Shown piece after piece: positions 53,869 to 62,081 of a stretch of DNA of 64,000 nucleotides (within the stretch, counting starts at the first letter, position 1; every line of letters begins with the position of its first letter). The position numbers were made by a program, and so were the translations under genes. The notes beneath the pieces were generated by a model that searched no databases, was not told the DNA's origin, and saw only the letters and a program-made list of their open reading frames with translations. This stretch comes from a virus (taxonomy: Duplodnaviria; Heunggongvirae; Uroviricota; Caudoviricetes), in the IMG/VR virus record IMGVR_UViG_3300009500_000011, positions 104,585-168,584 of that record, one strand, 5' to 3'.

Positions 53869-54287
53869 TGTCTTATAAATTATTAAAAATTATACCTGGG
53901 GCTTCAAAAGGCATAAAATTATTTAGAACAAGTAAATTTAATCGTGATGGTATGCCTAAAATAAAGCCCAAATCTAGCAAATATAGGTCTTCTATGTTTG
54001 CTTCTTATTTTATAGAACATACCCGTTGTGCTTTTAAAGGTCATGTTCCTAAACCTTCGGGTCGCAAAAATCATTTGCCAACATGTAAATATTGTTATCA
54101 TATTTTGCCTGAATATGGATACGGTTATGGATGGACAAAAGAATTAGAAATTTCTATATATGGTGAAAAGGATTGTCGTCGGTATTGTGAGAATTGCACA
54201 TCAGGTTATTATTTAAAGCCAGATTCGATTAAATGTAATAACTATTTTTGCGGTAAAGAAAGAAAATATATTATTAATCATGCATAA
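53868..54287 (+). CDS. Cys-rich protein
   Basis: CKYCYH, CRRYCENC, CNNYFCGKE clusters. Confidence 0.35.
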   Translation: MSYKLLKIIPGASKGIKLFRTSKFNRDGMPKIKPKSSKYRSSMFASYFIEHTRCAFKGHVPKPSGRKNHLPTCKYCYHILPEYGYGYGWTKELEISIYGEKDCRRYCENCTSGYYLKPDSIKCNNYFCGKERKYIINHA

Positions 54288-54567
54288 ATATGCTGTTTTC
54301 CATCAAAATTATAATGAAAAATATGATAAACGTTTGATTGCAGTAGTTGAAATTGCAGAAGGTGTTAATCCTCATGCTGCTCATATGTATGGGCAATCAT
54401 TTTTAAATGACCCTGAGCATTATTATACCATTGTCGAAAGATATGAAGAACCAAAGGTTGTATTGATAACAGAAAAAGTTCTTCAAGCAAGATTGTCTAT
54501 AATAGAAAAGCAACGTGAAATTGCTGAAAGACAAAAAGAAATTAATAAGTTATTAAAGGTTGGATAA
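54280..54567 (+). CDS. hypothetical protein
   Basis: Track ORF. Confidence 0.3.
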   Translation: MHKYAVFHQNYNEKYDKRLIAVVEIAEGVNPHAAHMYGQSFLNDPEHYYTIVERYEEPKVVLITEKVLQARLSIIEKQREIAERQKEINKLLKVG

Positions 54568-54881
54568 TGAAACCAGCAAATAAACCATGTTCAAAAGAGT
54601 ATTGTTTTAAAGAGGCAAAAGAATTTGAAGATGCTTTAATTGAAGATGGCATGGTTGTCACACGAACAAAACCTAAACTTTTTAAGTGTGGCAAATGTGG
54701 TATTCTTGTTTGTGCCTACCATTCGACGGCATTAGTTATGTTTAGGGATGAACATGGAAATCGAAAACAAATTGCGTATAAACCAGCAATTTGTCGTCGT
54801 TGTTCTTGGTTAGAAGATAATGCTGGTTTACATGGTAGACCCGCAGGTTGGATTGCAACGAGAGTCCCTATTCCTTGGTAA
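54567..54881 (+). CDS. zinc-ribbon protein
   Basis: CSKEYC ... CGKCGILVC ... CRRCSW. Confidence 0.35.
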   Translation: MKPANKPCSKEYCFKEAKEFEDALIEDGMVVTRTKPKLFKCGKCGILVCAYHSTALVMFRDEHGNRKQIAYKPAICRRCSWLEDNAGLHGRPAGWIATRVPIPW

Positions 54882-54924
54882 TAATCAAAATAATAATTGA
54901 CAACACTAGAAAAGAAAGTAAGAT

Positions 54925-55179
54925 ATGAACATGGATACTAAATCACAGAATTCGGAAGAAACAAAAATTGTAGGTCGTACTGCTTTAGTTACTGGCAAAA
55001 TTGGCCCAGACACACTTGGTCAAGTTACTGTTGCTATACGTGAAGGCACAGATACATATTCTGCGCGTTCGGCTCATCCTGACGAAGTAATATCTGTTGG
55101 TTCTGAAGTTGTAATTTCAAAGTTTTTTCCTCCACGGACTGTTTTAGTTTCAAAAACTACTACTTCTACGAAAGAATAA
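54925..55179 (+). CDS. NfeD-like OB-fold protein (short form)
   Basis: GRTALVTGKIGPDTLGQVTVAIREGTDTYSARS...ISVGSEVVI resembles the NfeD C-terminal beta-barrel, and sits directly upstream of an SPFH gene. Confidence 0.45.
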   Translation: MNMDTKSQNSEETKIVGRTALVTGKIGPDTLGQVTVAIREGTDTYSARSAHPDEVISVGSEVVISKFFPPRTVLVSKTTTSTKE

Positions 55180-55185
55180 TAAATC

Positions 55186-56619
55186 TTGACTAGTTTACTT
55201 ATGACATATGGAATTCCGGTAGGTATCGGATTATTAGCATTATTTTTCATCGTTGGACTTCTTCGTTCAATGTATAAAGTCGCAGAACCGAATGAAGCTT
55301 TAATTATTTCAGGTTTTGGGGCAGGCAAAAAAGGTTCTGACTTAGATTTCAAATCAGTTGCTGGCGGTGGCACATTTGTAATTCCTGGCCTTCAAATTGT
55401 GCGTAAACTTTCTTTAGAAGCCCGTACTGCTAAATTGGTTACAAGTTGTGTTTCTAAGCAGGGTATTGGTGTATCTATTGAAGGTGTTTGTATGTACAAA
55501 ATTGGTGATAGCGCACAATCTATTGCCAACGCTGCACGACGTTTTCTAGGTCAACCAGATGACTTAATTGATAGCAATATTCAAACAGTTCTTGACGGTC
55601 ATCTTCGTTCAATTATCAGTAATTTAACGATTGAAGAAATTCTTCAAAATCGTGAAAAACTTACTGGTGAGACAAGAAGTGCTGCTGATGATGAACTTGC
55701 ACAGATGGGTCTAGTTATTAACTCGCTTCAAATCATTAGTATCAAAGATTCTAGTAATTATGTTGCAAGCATGGCTGCTCCTCATGTTGCAGAAGTTCAA
55801 AAGAATGCTCGTATTGCACAGGCTGCTGCTGAACAAGCAGCAACAATTGCTGAACAAGAGGCTGCTGCTCAAAAGGCCGCTGCTACTAGAGATTCAGAAG
55901 TCAAACAGGCTGCATATTTAGCAGAGATTGAATCTGCGAAAGCAACAGCAGCACAACAAGGCCCTCTAGCGGCTGCTAAAGCGCAACAAGCCGTTATGGT
56001 TGAACAAACTAAAATGACGGAACTTGAAGCTAATCGTAAAGAACAAGAACTTCAAGTTAGTGTTCGTCGTCCTGCTGATGCAGAAGCCTATGCTGTTACA
56101 GTTAAGGCAAATGCTCAAAAGGTTGCTACGATTGCTGCTGCTGAAGCAAATGCACAACAAACTAAACTTGAAGCTGAATCTCGCGCTGCCGCAGCTAGGG
56201 TTCTTGGTGAAGGTGAAGCAGAGGCTACAAAGGCCCGTGGTGCTGGTGAAGCTGCTGCTATTGAAGCCAAAGGTCTTGCTGAAGGTAAAGCAATTCAAGC
56301 GCGTGTACTTGCCGAAGCCGAAGGTATTGCCGCTAGTGGTAAAGCATTCGCTGAAAATAAAGAATCTGTTATTCAAAAGATTCTTGCAGAACATATGCCT
56401 GAAATTGTTAAAGAAGCTGCACAACCATTTGCTGCAATTAAAAACTTCATGGTTCTTGATGGTGCCCAAGGTGTAAATCGTACACTTACCGGAATCATCG
56501 GTGTGGGTGCAACCTTGCTTCCACAAATCATGCAGACTTTTAAAGATGGTGCAGAGGTTGTTAAGAATCAAGTATCACTCACGAATTCTGGAACAGACTC
56601 TGAAAAACCCAAGAAGTAA
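55186..56619 (+). CDS. SPFH/band-7 (flotillin/YqiK-like) membrane protein
   Basis: N-terminal TM helix, SPFH core (IISGFG...VIPGLQIV...) and a long Ala/Glu/Gln-rich coiled-coil tail. Confidence 0.6.
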   Translation: MTSLLMTYGIPVGIGLLALFFIVGLLRSMYKVAEPNEALIISGFGAGKKGSDLDFKSVAGGGTFVIPGLQIVRKLSLEARTAKLVTSCVSKQGIGVSIEGVCMYKIGDSAQSIANAARRFLGQPDDLIDSNIQTVLDGHLRSIISNLTIEEILQNREKLTGETRSAADDELAQMGLVINSLQIISIKDSSNYVASMAAPHVAEVQKNARIAQAAAEQAATIAEQEAAAQKAAATRDSEVKQAAYLAEIESAKATAAQQGPLAAAKAQQAVMVEQTKMTELEANRKEQELQVSVRRPADAEAYAVTVKANAQKVATIAAAEANAQQTKLEAESRAAAARVLGEGEAEATKARGAGEAAAIEAKGLAEGKAIQARVLAEAEGIAASGKAFAENKESVIQKILAEHMPEIVKEAAQPFAAIKNFMVLDGAQGVNRTLTGIIGVGATLLPQIMQTFKDGAEVVKNQVSLTNSGTDSEKPKK

Positions 56620-56690
56620 GTAATTTACTACAATCACATAGCAGGTAGATTAATCTCTACCTGCTATGTTTATTTAAAAGGTTCATATAT

Positions 56691-56993
56691 ATGTTAAGCG
56701 AAGAATTTAAAGAAAAAAGATTTAAAGAAAACACATCATTAGATAAAGACCGCATTCTATATTCAGGTGCTTTATATGATGATGTTAGAGCGGCAATATA
56801 TGCTGTAGTTCGTCAATGGCGCGCTTCACATAATAATTTTGGTAAAAATTCTACAATGAAACATGTAGATGAAATTATGACTATGCCTGAAGTAATTCGA
56901 TTATATGACCCATTTTATACAACAAAAAGTTGGTTTAATTATACAGGTTGCACCTGTCGCGGTGATTGCTGCGAAAATCATGAAGAGGAATAA
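56691..56993 (+). CDS. hypothetical protein
   Basis: Track ORF. Confidence 0.35.
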   Translation: MLSEEFKEKRFKENTSLDKDRILYSGALYDDVRAAIYAVVRQWRASHNNFGKNSTMKHVDEIMTMPEVIRLYDPFYTTKSWFNYTGCTCRGDCCENHEEE

Positions 56994-57000
56994 TAAAAAA

Positions 57001-57228
57001 ATGCCGTTTTACAAATTTCGTTGCTCAAATTTTGAATGTAGTTATAACCAAAAAGATTTAAAACCATTAGTATTTGAATTAAATATGTCAATGACAAATT
57101 ATTCTCAATTATCTAAAGATAGTATCACCGGGAATCCAATGGTAAAATGTCCAGAATGTTCTTATGATGCTATTAGAGTATTTGAAGCCCCAGCAGTTCA
57201 TACAGAAACGGGAGTTAAATCAAGATAA
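57001..57228 (+). CDS. FmdB-family zinc-ribbon protein
   Basis: MPFYKFRCSNFECSY ... CPECSY (CxxC...CxxC; MP.Y.FRC.) signature; ATG at 57001. Confidence 0.45.
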   Translation: MPFYKFRCSNFECSYNQKDLKPLVFELNMSMTNYSQLSKDSITGNPMVKCPECSYDAIRVFEAPAVHTETGVKSR

Positions 57229-57443
57229 TGAATCAAAAAGTTTACCAACCTAGAAAAGAAGATAGAAGAAAATCTTCAAGACGCGAAGCTGATGATAAAG
57301 TTATGGTAACCTTTGAACTTGATAGAGAAGTTTATTTCGAAGTTTTAAAAATTTGTATTGAGACAAAACAAACCTTTGAAGAATTTGTTGTCAAAGCGGT
57401 AAAAGAACAATTAGAAAGAATTAAAAATTCGGATGTTGGGTAG
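57228..57443 (+). CDS. ribbon-helix-helix (CopG/Arc-like) protein
   Basis: VMVTFELDREVYFEVLKICIETKQTFEEFVVKAVKEQLERI beta-strand + two-helix pattern. Confidence 0.35.
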   Translation: MNQKVYQPRKEDRRKSSRREADDKVMVTFELDREVYFEVLKICIETKQTFEEFVVKAVKEQLERIKNSDVG

Positions 57444-57681
57444 ACAACAATCTTTGTACAATTCTTGTAAAATTAATTTTAATACTTTAAAACAAAATGT
57501 TAAAATTTTGTTGGGTGATAATAAAAAAGTTTTAGATGCCTTACAAGTTGTTGAATTAGAACTAATTAAAGTCAATCCTTATTGTAAAATAACTTCAATT
57601 AAAAATGTTACAGAAGAAGAAAACAATTCTCCTGTTCTAGAAAAAGAGAATACTACTGATGAAAGCAAAACAAGCAATTAA
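57433..57681 (+). CDS. hypothetical protein
   Basis: Track ORF. Confidence 0.3.
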   Translation: MLGRQQSLYNSCKINFNTLKQNVKILLGDNKKVLDALQVVELELIKVNPYCKITSIKNVTEEENNSPVLEKENTTDESKTSN

Positions 57682-57853
57682 AATGCTAAAAAACATAGGA
57701 TTTGATATAGAGCGTATGGGAAAAGGTGACCATATATTATTGCGGAGTCCTGATAATAAAAGAATTGTTCTGCAAAATGGTGCATTAGAATTATCTCCAG
57801 GTTTGACAGGTAAAGTTAGAAGTCTTTTGCAAAAAGGTAAGTTAAATGAGTGA
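57659..57853 (+). CDS. HicA-like toxin-fold protein (YcfA/HicA family)
   Basis: K..IKMLKNIGF...R.GKGDHILLRSPD.KRIVLQNG...LSPGLTGKVRSLLQKGKL matches the HicA pattern including the conserved His. Confidence 0.5.
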   Translation: MKAKQAIKMLKNIGFDIERMGKGDHILLRSPDNKRIVLQNGALELSPGLTGKVRSLLQKGKLNE

Positions 57854-58106
57854 CCATTATACTTATTCCTATGATTCTCCTCCTTTTTGTTATAAATGTA
57901 AAACATTACATAATAATAATCTAATTTGTGATGTTCTTAAAGAAGAATATCTTAAAAAAAGTTTAGAACCCGAAAGATTTATAAAAGTCCACGAAGAAAA
58001 ACGCTGGATTGATTCGACTAATTTCCGAATAATAGAATATTTCAATCTTTTGCCTAAAAAAATTTATGGAAATTGGGCTAAACCAATATTGTTGACAAAA
58101 CAATAA
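57846..58106 (+). CDS. hypothetical protein (overlaps the hicA-like stop by 8 nt)
   Basis: Track ORF; no HicB signature seen. Confidence 0.3.
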   Translation: MSDHYTYSYDSPPFCYKCKTLHNNNLICDVLKEEYLKKSLEPERFIKVHEEKRWIDSTNFRIIEYFNLLPKKIYGNWAKPILLTKQ

Positions 58107-58120
58107 AATTGTGCTATTAT
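58092..58120 (+). promoter_or_regulatory. promoter TTGACA-N17-TATTAT for tRNA 58131..58213
   Basis: Ends 10 nt before the tRNA 5' end. Confidence 0.5.
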
Positions 58121-58130
58121 AAAAGTATAT

Positions 58131-58213
58131 CGGCGGGTTCCCGTAGCGGCGAACGGTCTGCTTTTACATGGCAGCATACCACATCGTGGGTTCGAGTCCC
58201 ACCCTGCCGACCA
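58131..58213 (+). tRNA. tRNA-Val-like (anticodon TAC) with ~11-nt unpaired variable region
   Basis: Acceptor CGGCGGG/CCTGCCG, stem CTGCT/GGCAG, loop TTTACAT, variable CATACCACATC, T-arm GTGGG-TTCGAGT-CCCAC, A73-CCA; a consensus promoter lies 10 nt upstream. Confidence 0.45.
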
Positions 58214-58230
58214 CTTTAGCAGAGAAACAA

Positions 58231-58560
58231 ATGGCAAAAGTAACAAAAAAATTAGAGCATTGCCCTGATTGTTATGTTAAGATAAATGAACGCCATCATA
58301 AAGGCTGTGACATTGAAAGATGTACGGTTTGTGGCGGTCAAAGACTTGTTTGCGGTTGTAAAGGTCATAAGCCTTGGAGTGCTGTTTGGACCGGATTTTG
58401 GCCCGGTGTAATTGAATGTCAAGTTTTAGGATGGTATTCAAAATTTATTCCGAATTATGGTTGGCGTCAAACTACCCAAGATGACCCAGATGGAATGGAA
58501 GATTTAAACCGATGGGTTATCTATAACATGGAAGTTCATCAGTTGACAAATCTTTCCTAA
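58231..58560 (+). CDS. Cys-rich protein
   Basis: Start moved to ATG 58231 because the track ORF's 5' part is a tRNA gene; CPDC...CTVCGG...CGCKGH. Confidence 0.35.
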   Translation: MAKVTKKLEHCPDCYVKINERHHKGCDIERCTVCGGQRLVCGCKGHKPWSAVWTGFWPGVIECQVLGWYSKFIPNYGWRQTTQDDPDGMEDLNRWVIYNMEVHQLTNLS

Positions 58561-58571
58561 TTTAGTATCAT
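58543..58571 (+). promoter_or_regulatory. promoter TTGACA-N17-TATCAT ahead of the structured leader and tRNA 58686..58776
   Basis: Exact -35, 17-nt spacer. Confidence 0.4.
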
Positions 58572-58685
58572 ATAATTGTAAGCACCAAGCGGGTAAGAGA
58601 ATGAATGTAAGAAGTTCTCTCTTCGTAGTGCAATTCCGTGGTTCTTGTCGTCTTAAACCGAACGGCGCTTTTTCGGTTAAAATAT

Positions 58686-58776
58686 CTCGGTGTGGTGTAA
58701 CTGGATAGCACAAAACGCTACGAACGTTTAGGGAGCCGCAAGGCCATTGGGGGTTCGAATCCCTCCATCGAGGCCA
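58686..58776 (+). tRNA. type-II tRNA (Ser-like body, G73) carrying an Arg-type anticodon loop CTACGAA (ACG)
   Basis: Acceptor CTCGGTG/CATCGAG, D-arm GTGT-AACTGGATA-GCAC, perfect stem AAACG/CGTTT, variable arm AGGGAGCCGCAAGGCCATT (GCC-GCAA-GGC hairpin), T-arm GGGGG-TTCGAAT-CCCTC, G73-CCA. Confidence 0.5.
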
Positions 58777-59009
58777 ATTAAAAAATTCCTTCTAGTAAAG
58801 AAGGGTAAGAGCATGAGTTAGGCGGGTAAACTGTACTATGCCAGGCCAAGGTAGTGGCAGCACAAATCTACTGTAGAGCAAGAGTCGAACAGTTTACATA
58901 AGAACACCTAGCAAACTGGGAGAGTTGAGGCCCAGGGATGCCGCCGAACATTCACTCTGTACAATTCGGCATTCAAAATTTCAAACTGCAAATTGAGTGC
59001 AGTATTTAA

Positions 59010-59294
59010 TTGAAACATTATAGATATCAAAGTCAAGAAGATGGTTACTGTCTTTCAAAAGAAGAATGGTGCTATCTTTGGTCATTAGAAGATGATTATT
59101 TAGGTCCAAATTGGACTCATGAAGATAGTTGGGAAGTTTATTTTGATGAAAGGTTGAATAACAAAAGCTTTATATCTATTGAAGATGAACAACATTCATG
59201 CAATAGATATAAAGGACAAACAATTCAACAAATAGAAGAAGAAATGATTCACTACTTTGAAAAAATTGAAGGAATGAAAAAAATTTCAAAGTAA
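59010..59294 (+). CDS. hypothetical protein
   Basis: Track ORF. Confidence 0.3.
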   Translation: MKHYRYQSQEDGYCLSKEEWCYLWSLEDDYLGPNWTHEDSWEVYFDERLNNKSFISIEDEQHSCNRYKGQTIQQIEEEMIHYFEKIEGMKKISK

Positions 59295-59297
59295 GAC

Positions 59298-59326
59298 TTG
59301 TCTTTTCCACAACAATGATATATAAT
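59298..59326 (+). promoter_or_regulatory. promoter TTGTCT-N17-TATAAT for the 27-aa peptide gene
   Basis: Perfect -10, 17-nt spacer. Confidence 0.45.
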
Positions 59327-59382
59327 GCTACAAGTGTGGATTTTCCACATAATTTGATTAAAGAAGAAAGGAACTTATCGAA

Positions 59383-59466
59383 AATGCAAACTGCTAATAA
59401 CGTTGCAATGGCCCCGGTTGTTGTCGTTCCCGCACCTCAAGGTGTGTTAGTTAGTTATGCCCGATA
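59383..59466 (+). CDS. 27-aa hydrophobic peptide
   Basis: ATG 9 nt after AAGGAA, bracketed by a consensus promoter and a strong terminator. Confidence 0.3.
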
Positions 59467-59496
59467 AGTAACCTTAAGGTCTAAAAAAGAATTTAG

Positions 59497-59525
59497 AACC
59501 CCTGGTGAAAACCGGGGGTTTTTTG
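59497..59525 (+). terminator. intrinsic terminator
   Basis: ACCCCTGG-TGAAAA-CCGGGGGT + TTTTTTG. Confidence 0.6.
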
Positions 59526-59590
59526 TATAATCGGGGGTAGGCAAGCGGTGAGCCATCTGGCCTGGACTCATTGTTATTAATCCAAATCAA

Positions 59591-60082
59591 TTGAGTATTT
59601 CTCCTTTAGAAGGAGATTATTCAAAAATGAAAACTTGTTTAAACTGCAAACAAATTAAAGACGAATCTTTATTTAGATGGAAAAATAAATCCAAGGGTTG
59701 GAAAAAAGCTAATTGTATAGAATGTGATAAAGTCTACGATAGAAAATATCATCAAAATCGACCATTAGAAAAGAAAAAAAATAAATTAATTTTAAGTAAA
59801 AAAAGAATAGACGATATAACAGAAAAAATTTGTTTACTTTTATTAAATAAAAAATGTATTGATTGTGGTCAATCTGATATTAGAGCTTTAGATTTTGACC
59901 ATCAAGAAAATAAAACTAATAATATTGGTAATCTTACTAGTATTAAATGGAGTTGGGAAAGAGTTCAAGAAGAAATCGAAAAATGTGTAGTTAGATGTGC
60001 TAATTGTCATAGAATTAAAACTCATAAAGAGAGAAAAACACGAAAATATTTATTTGGTTTAAAATATAATCTCTGGGAGTAA
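59591..60082 (+). CDS. HNH homing endonuclease (family copy 3)
   Basis: CLNCKQ...CIECDK ... DFDHQENK ... CANCHRIKTHKE. Confidence 0.6.
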   Translation: MSISPLEGDYSKMKTCLNCKQIKDESLFRWKNKSKGWKKANCIECDKVYDRKYHQNRPLEKKKNKLILSKKRIDDITEKICLLLLNKKCIDCGQSDIRALDFDHQENKTNNIGNLTSIKWSWERVQEEIEKCVVRCANCHRIKTHKERKTRKYLFGLKYNLWE

Positions 60083-60122
60083 CTCAAAAGTAGAGTGCTA
60101 TGTTTGGAACATAGAAGTTGGG

Positions 60123-60515
60123 ATGGCAGAATTCCCCTCTCAGACCAATCTTTTAGAAAGAAGAGACATGGGACTGTTTAGAAAAATATCTACGGCCACT
60201 TTACCATCAAATAACGCTGTAATGAAAAGTTATTTGGTAGATACAAAAAATCCAAATCCCTATAAGTATAAAATTTTAAAAACAGAACAATTAGGTGAAT
60301 ATTTGATTGTCAAAATTAATTATCCTAATTGTGAAAATTACGAAGGAAATAAAATTTTAGTTTATAAAAATACTACAATAGATAAATTAGTATCAGGAAA
60401 ATATATAGACCCGCATTTTTTTGATAATAAAATTTACAATTCTCCAATTGCTAGATTTCGACCAACCAAAGAAGGTTGGAATATGGCAATTAATTTTGTA
60501 AAAGGTTTAAAATAA
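60123..60515 (+). CDS. hypothetical protein
   Basis: Track ORF. Confidence 0.35.
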   Translation: MAEFPSQTNLLERRDMGLFRKISTATLPSNNAVMKSYLVDTKNPNPYKYKILKTEQLGEYLIVKINYPNCENYEGNKILVYKNTTIDKLVSGKYIDPHFFDNKIYNSPIARFRPTKEGWNMAINFVKGLK

Positions 60516-60519
60516 ATAT

Positions 60520-60593
60520 AGCGGAGTGGTGAAATGGTATCATGCGTGGTTTGGGACCATGTGGCGAGGGTTCGATTCCCTCCTCTGCTACCA
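60520..60593 (+). tRNA. tRNA-Pro (anticodon TGG)
   Basis: Acceptor AGCGGAG/CTCTGCT, stem CGTGG/CCATG, loop TTTGGGA (G37), T-arm GAGGG-TTCGATT-CCCTC, A73-CCA. Confidence 0.7.
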
Positions 60594-60597
60594 ATTT

Positions 60598-60672
60598 CCC
60601 CGGTTAGTTCAGCGGGAGAACGCCACATTGACATTGTGGAGGTGGTAGGTTCGACACCTACACCGGGGACCA
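60598..60672 (+). tRNA. tRNA-Val (anticodon GAC)
   Basis: Acceptor CCCCGGT/ACCGGGG, D-arm GTTC-AGCGGGA-GAAC, stem CCACA/TGTGG, loop TTGACAT, T-arm GTAGG-TTCGACA-CCTAC, A73-CCA. Confidence 0.75.
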
Positions 60673-60792
60673 ACAAACTTAAAGAAGTTGCGCTCAATCC
60701 GACGCTACAAGGTCGCTCCTTGTATCTTGTATAGAGAATATCGGAGTGCGAGACGTTTTCGGTTCACTACGAGTAAGAAGGGAACCGTTTAA

Positions 60793-60867
60793 GGGGAACT
60801 AGTGCTAATGGTAACACGACTCGCTTGCACCGAGTAATTCAGAGTTCGATTCTCTGGTTCTCCACCA
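60793..60867 (+). tRNA. tRNA-Ala (anticodon TGC), G3:U70 present
   Basis: Acceptor GGGGAAC/GTTCTCC, stem ACTCG/CGAGT, loop CTTGCAC, T-arm CAGAG-TTCGATT-CTCTG, A73-CCA. Confidence 0.75.
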
Positions 60868-60891
60868 AATTTATTCAAGGTAAATAGTAGT

Positions 60892-61110
60892 ATGTCATTT
60901 AGAAAATTTGTATTTGAAAGAAGTGAAGATGTAAGCGGAGTATCAGGAATCGGTATTGTTGCTGAAGGCGTAGAATTTTCAAATGGTAAAACAGTAATTG
61001 CTTGGTGCGTTCCTGGAAAACCAAATTCAGCAGTTATATACGATAATATACACGAAGCAATAGAAGTACATGGTCACGAAGGCCGAACAGTAATAAAATG
61101 GATAGATTAA
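60892..61110 (+). CDS. hypothetical protein
   Basis: Track ORF. Confidence 0.3.
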   Translation: MSFRKFVFERSEDVSGVSGIGIVAEGVEFSNGKTVIAWCVPGKPNSAVIYDNIHEAIEVHGHEGRTVIKWID

Positions 61111-61111
61111 G

Positions 61112-61513
61112 ATGGATGAATTTGAAGAAATTATTGATGTTTTAGTCCGAAAAATTGAACTATCTGATGATAGATATGTTTTGGTTATAAATGGTAAATA
61201 TCAATTAGTAGTTGATGCAGATTGTTGCTCTGAAACATGGATTGAACATATTATTGGTGTAAAACAATTATTAGGTTCAAAAATAAGAAGTGTAAAAAGA
61301 TTAGAATTTCCATCTGAATATATTGAATGCTTGACGAAAGCAGAACCATCTGCCGACTATACACAATATTATGGATTAGCTATAACTTCTAGAAATGGGC
61401 AAATGATTATTGATTTTCGTAATCGGAGCAATGGTTATTATGGTGGAAGTATTCAGTTGCTTATTAGCGAAAAAATTCCTTCAAATTTAAGATTGATAAC
61501 CGAGGATGAATAA
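61112..61513 (+). CDS. hypothetical protein
   Basis: Track ORF. Confidence 0.35.
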   Translation: MDEFEEIIDVLVRKIELSDDRYVLVINGKYQLVVDADCCSETWIEHIIGVKQLLGSKIRSVKRLEFPSEYIECLTKAEPSADYTQYYGLAITSRNGQMIIDFRNRSNGYYGGSIQLLISEKIPSNLRLITEDE

Positions 61514-61515
61514 TA

Positions 61516-61716
61516 ATGTTCTGCGGTAAAAAACCAACTCAAGATGAAATAATGAAAATCAAAGAGTTTGCTGCTTTCTTAAGAAATATAAATTCTATCG
61601 AAAAAGATGAGAACTTGACAAAAGAAGAAAAAAAAGATAAACTAAACGAAATTATAGCGCAAGCAAATAATAAAATACAAAAAGAATGGGAAAATGGCAG
61701 AAAAAAACGACGATAA
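61516..61716 (+). CDS. hypothetical protein
   Basis: Track ORF. Confidence 0.3.
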   Translation: MFCGKKPTQDEIMKIKEFAAFLRNINSIEKDENLTKEEKKDKLNEIIAQANNKIQKEWENGRKKRR

Positions 61717-61924
61717 GTTTGAACTAAAAGGTTTTGTACTTAAATCACATCCCGGAGCAACTTTTTCAGTTCGATTAGAAGGAATAGAAAAAGATGTTCT
61801 TTGTCATCTTTCTGGGAAAATGCGAATGAATAATATTCGTGTTCTAGAAGGTGATACTGTGGATGTTGAAATGGATGTATATGATTTATCTAGGGGTAAA
61901 ATCATATTTAGGTATAAGAAATAG
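61694..61924 (+). CDS. hypothetical protein
   Basis: Track ORF. Confidence 0.3.
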   Translation: MAEKNDDKFELKGFVLKSHPGATFSVRLEGIEKDVLCHLSGKMRMNNIRVLEGDTVDVEMDVYDLSRGKIIFRYKK

Positions 61925-62081
61925 ATGGTCGATAGACTATTACATTTTCTTCAAAATAAATATGTTCCCGCACTATGGGCAGTTTTATTAACAGTATGGT
62001 TAATTGGTGCTATAATTGATACAACTCCCAAAGTATATAATGTAATAAATTTAATAAATAAACAAATAAAGGTCAATCATC

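Noticed and set aside
55966-56571. 201-aa minus ORF and 150-aa plus ORF inside the SPFH gene
   Set aside because: Alternative frames through the Ala-rich coiled-coil repeat (GCN-rich); low-complexity Leu/Cys/Ser translations.
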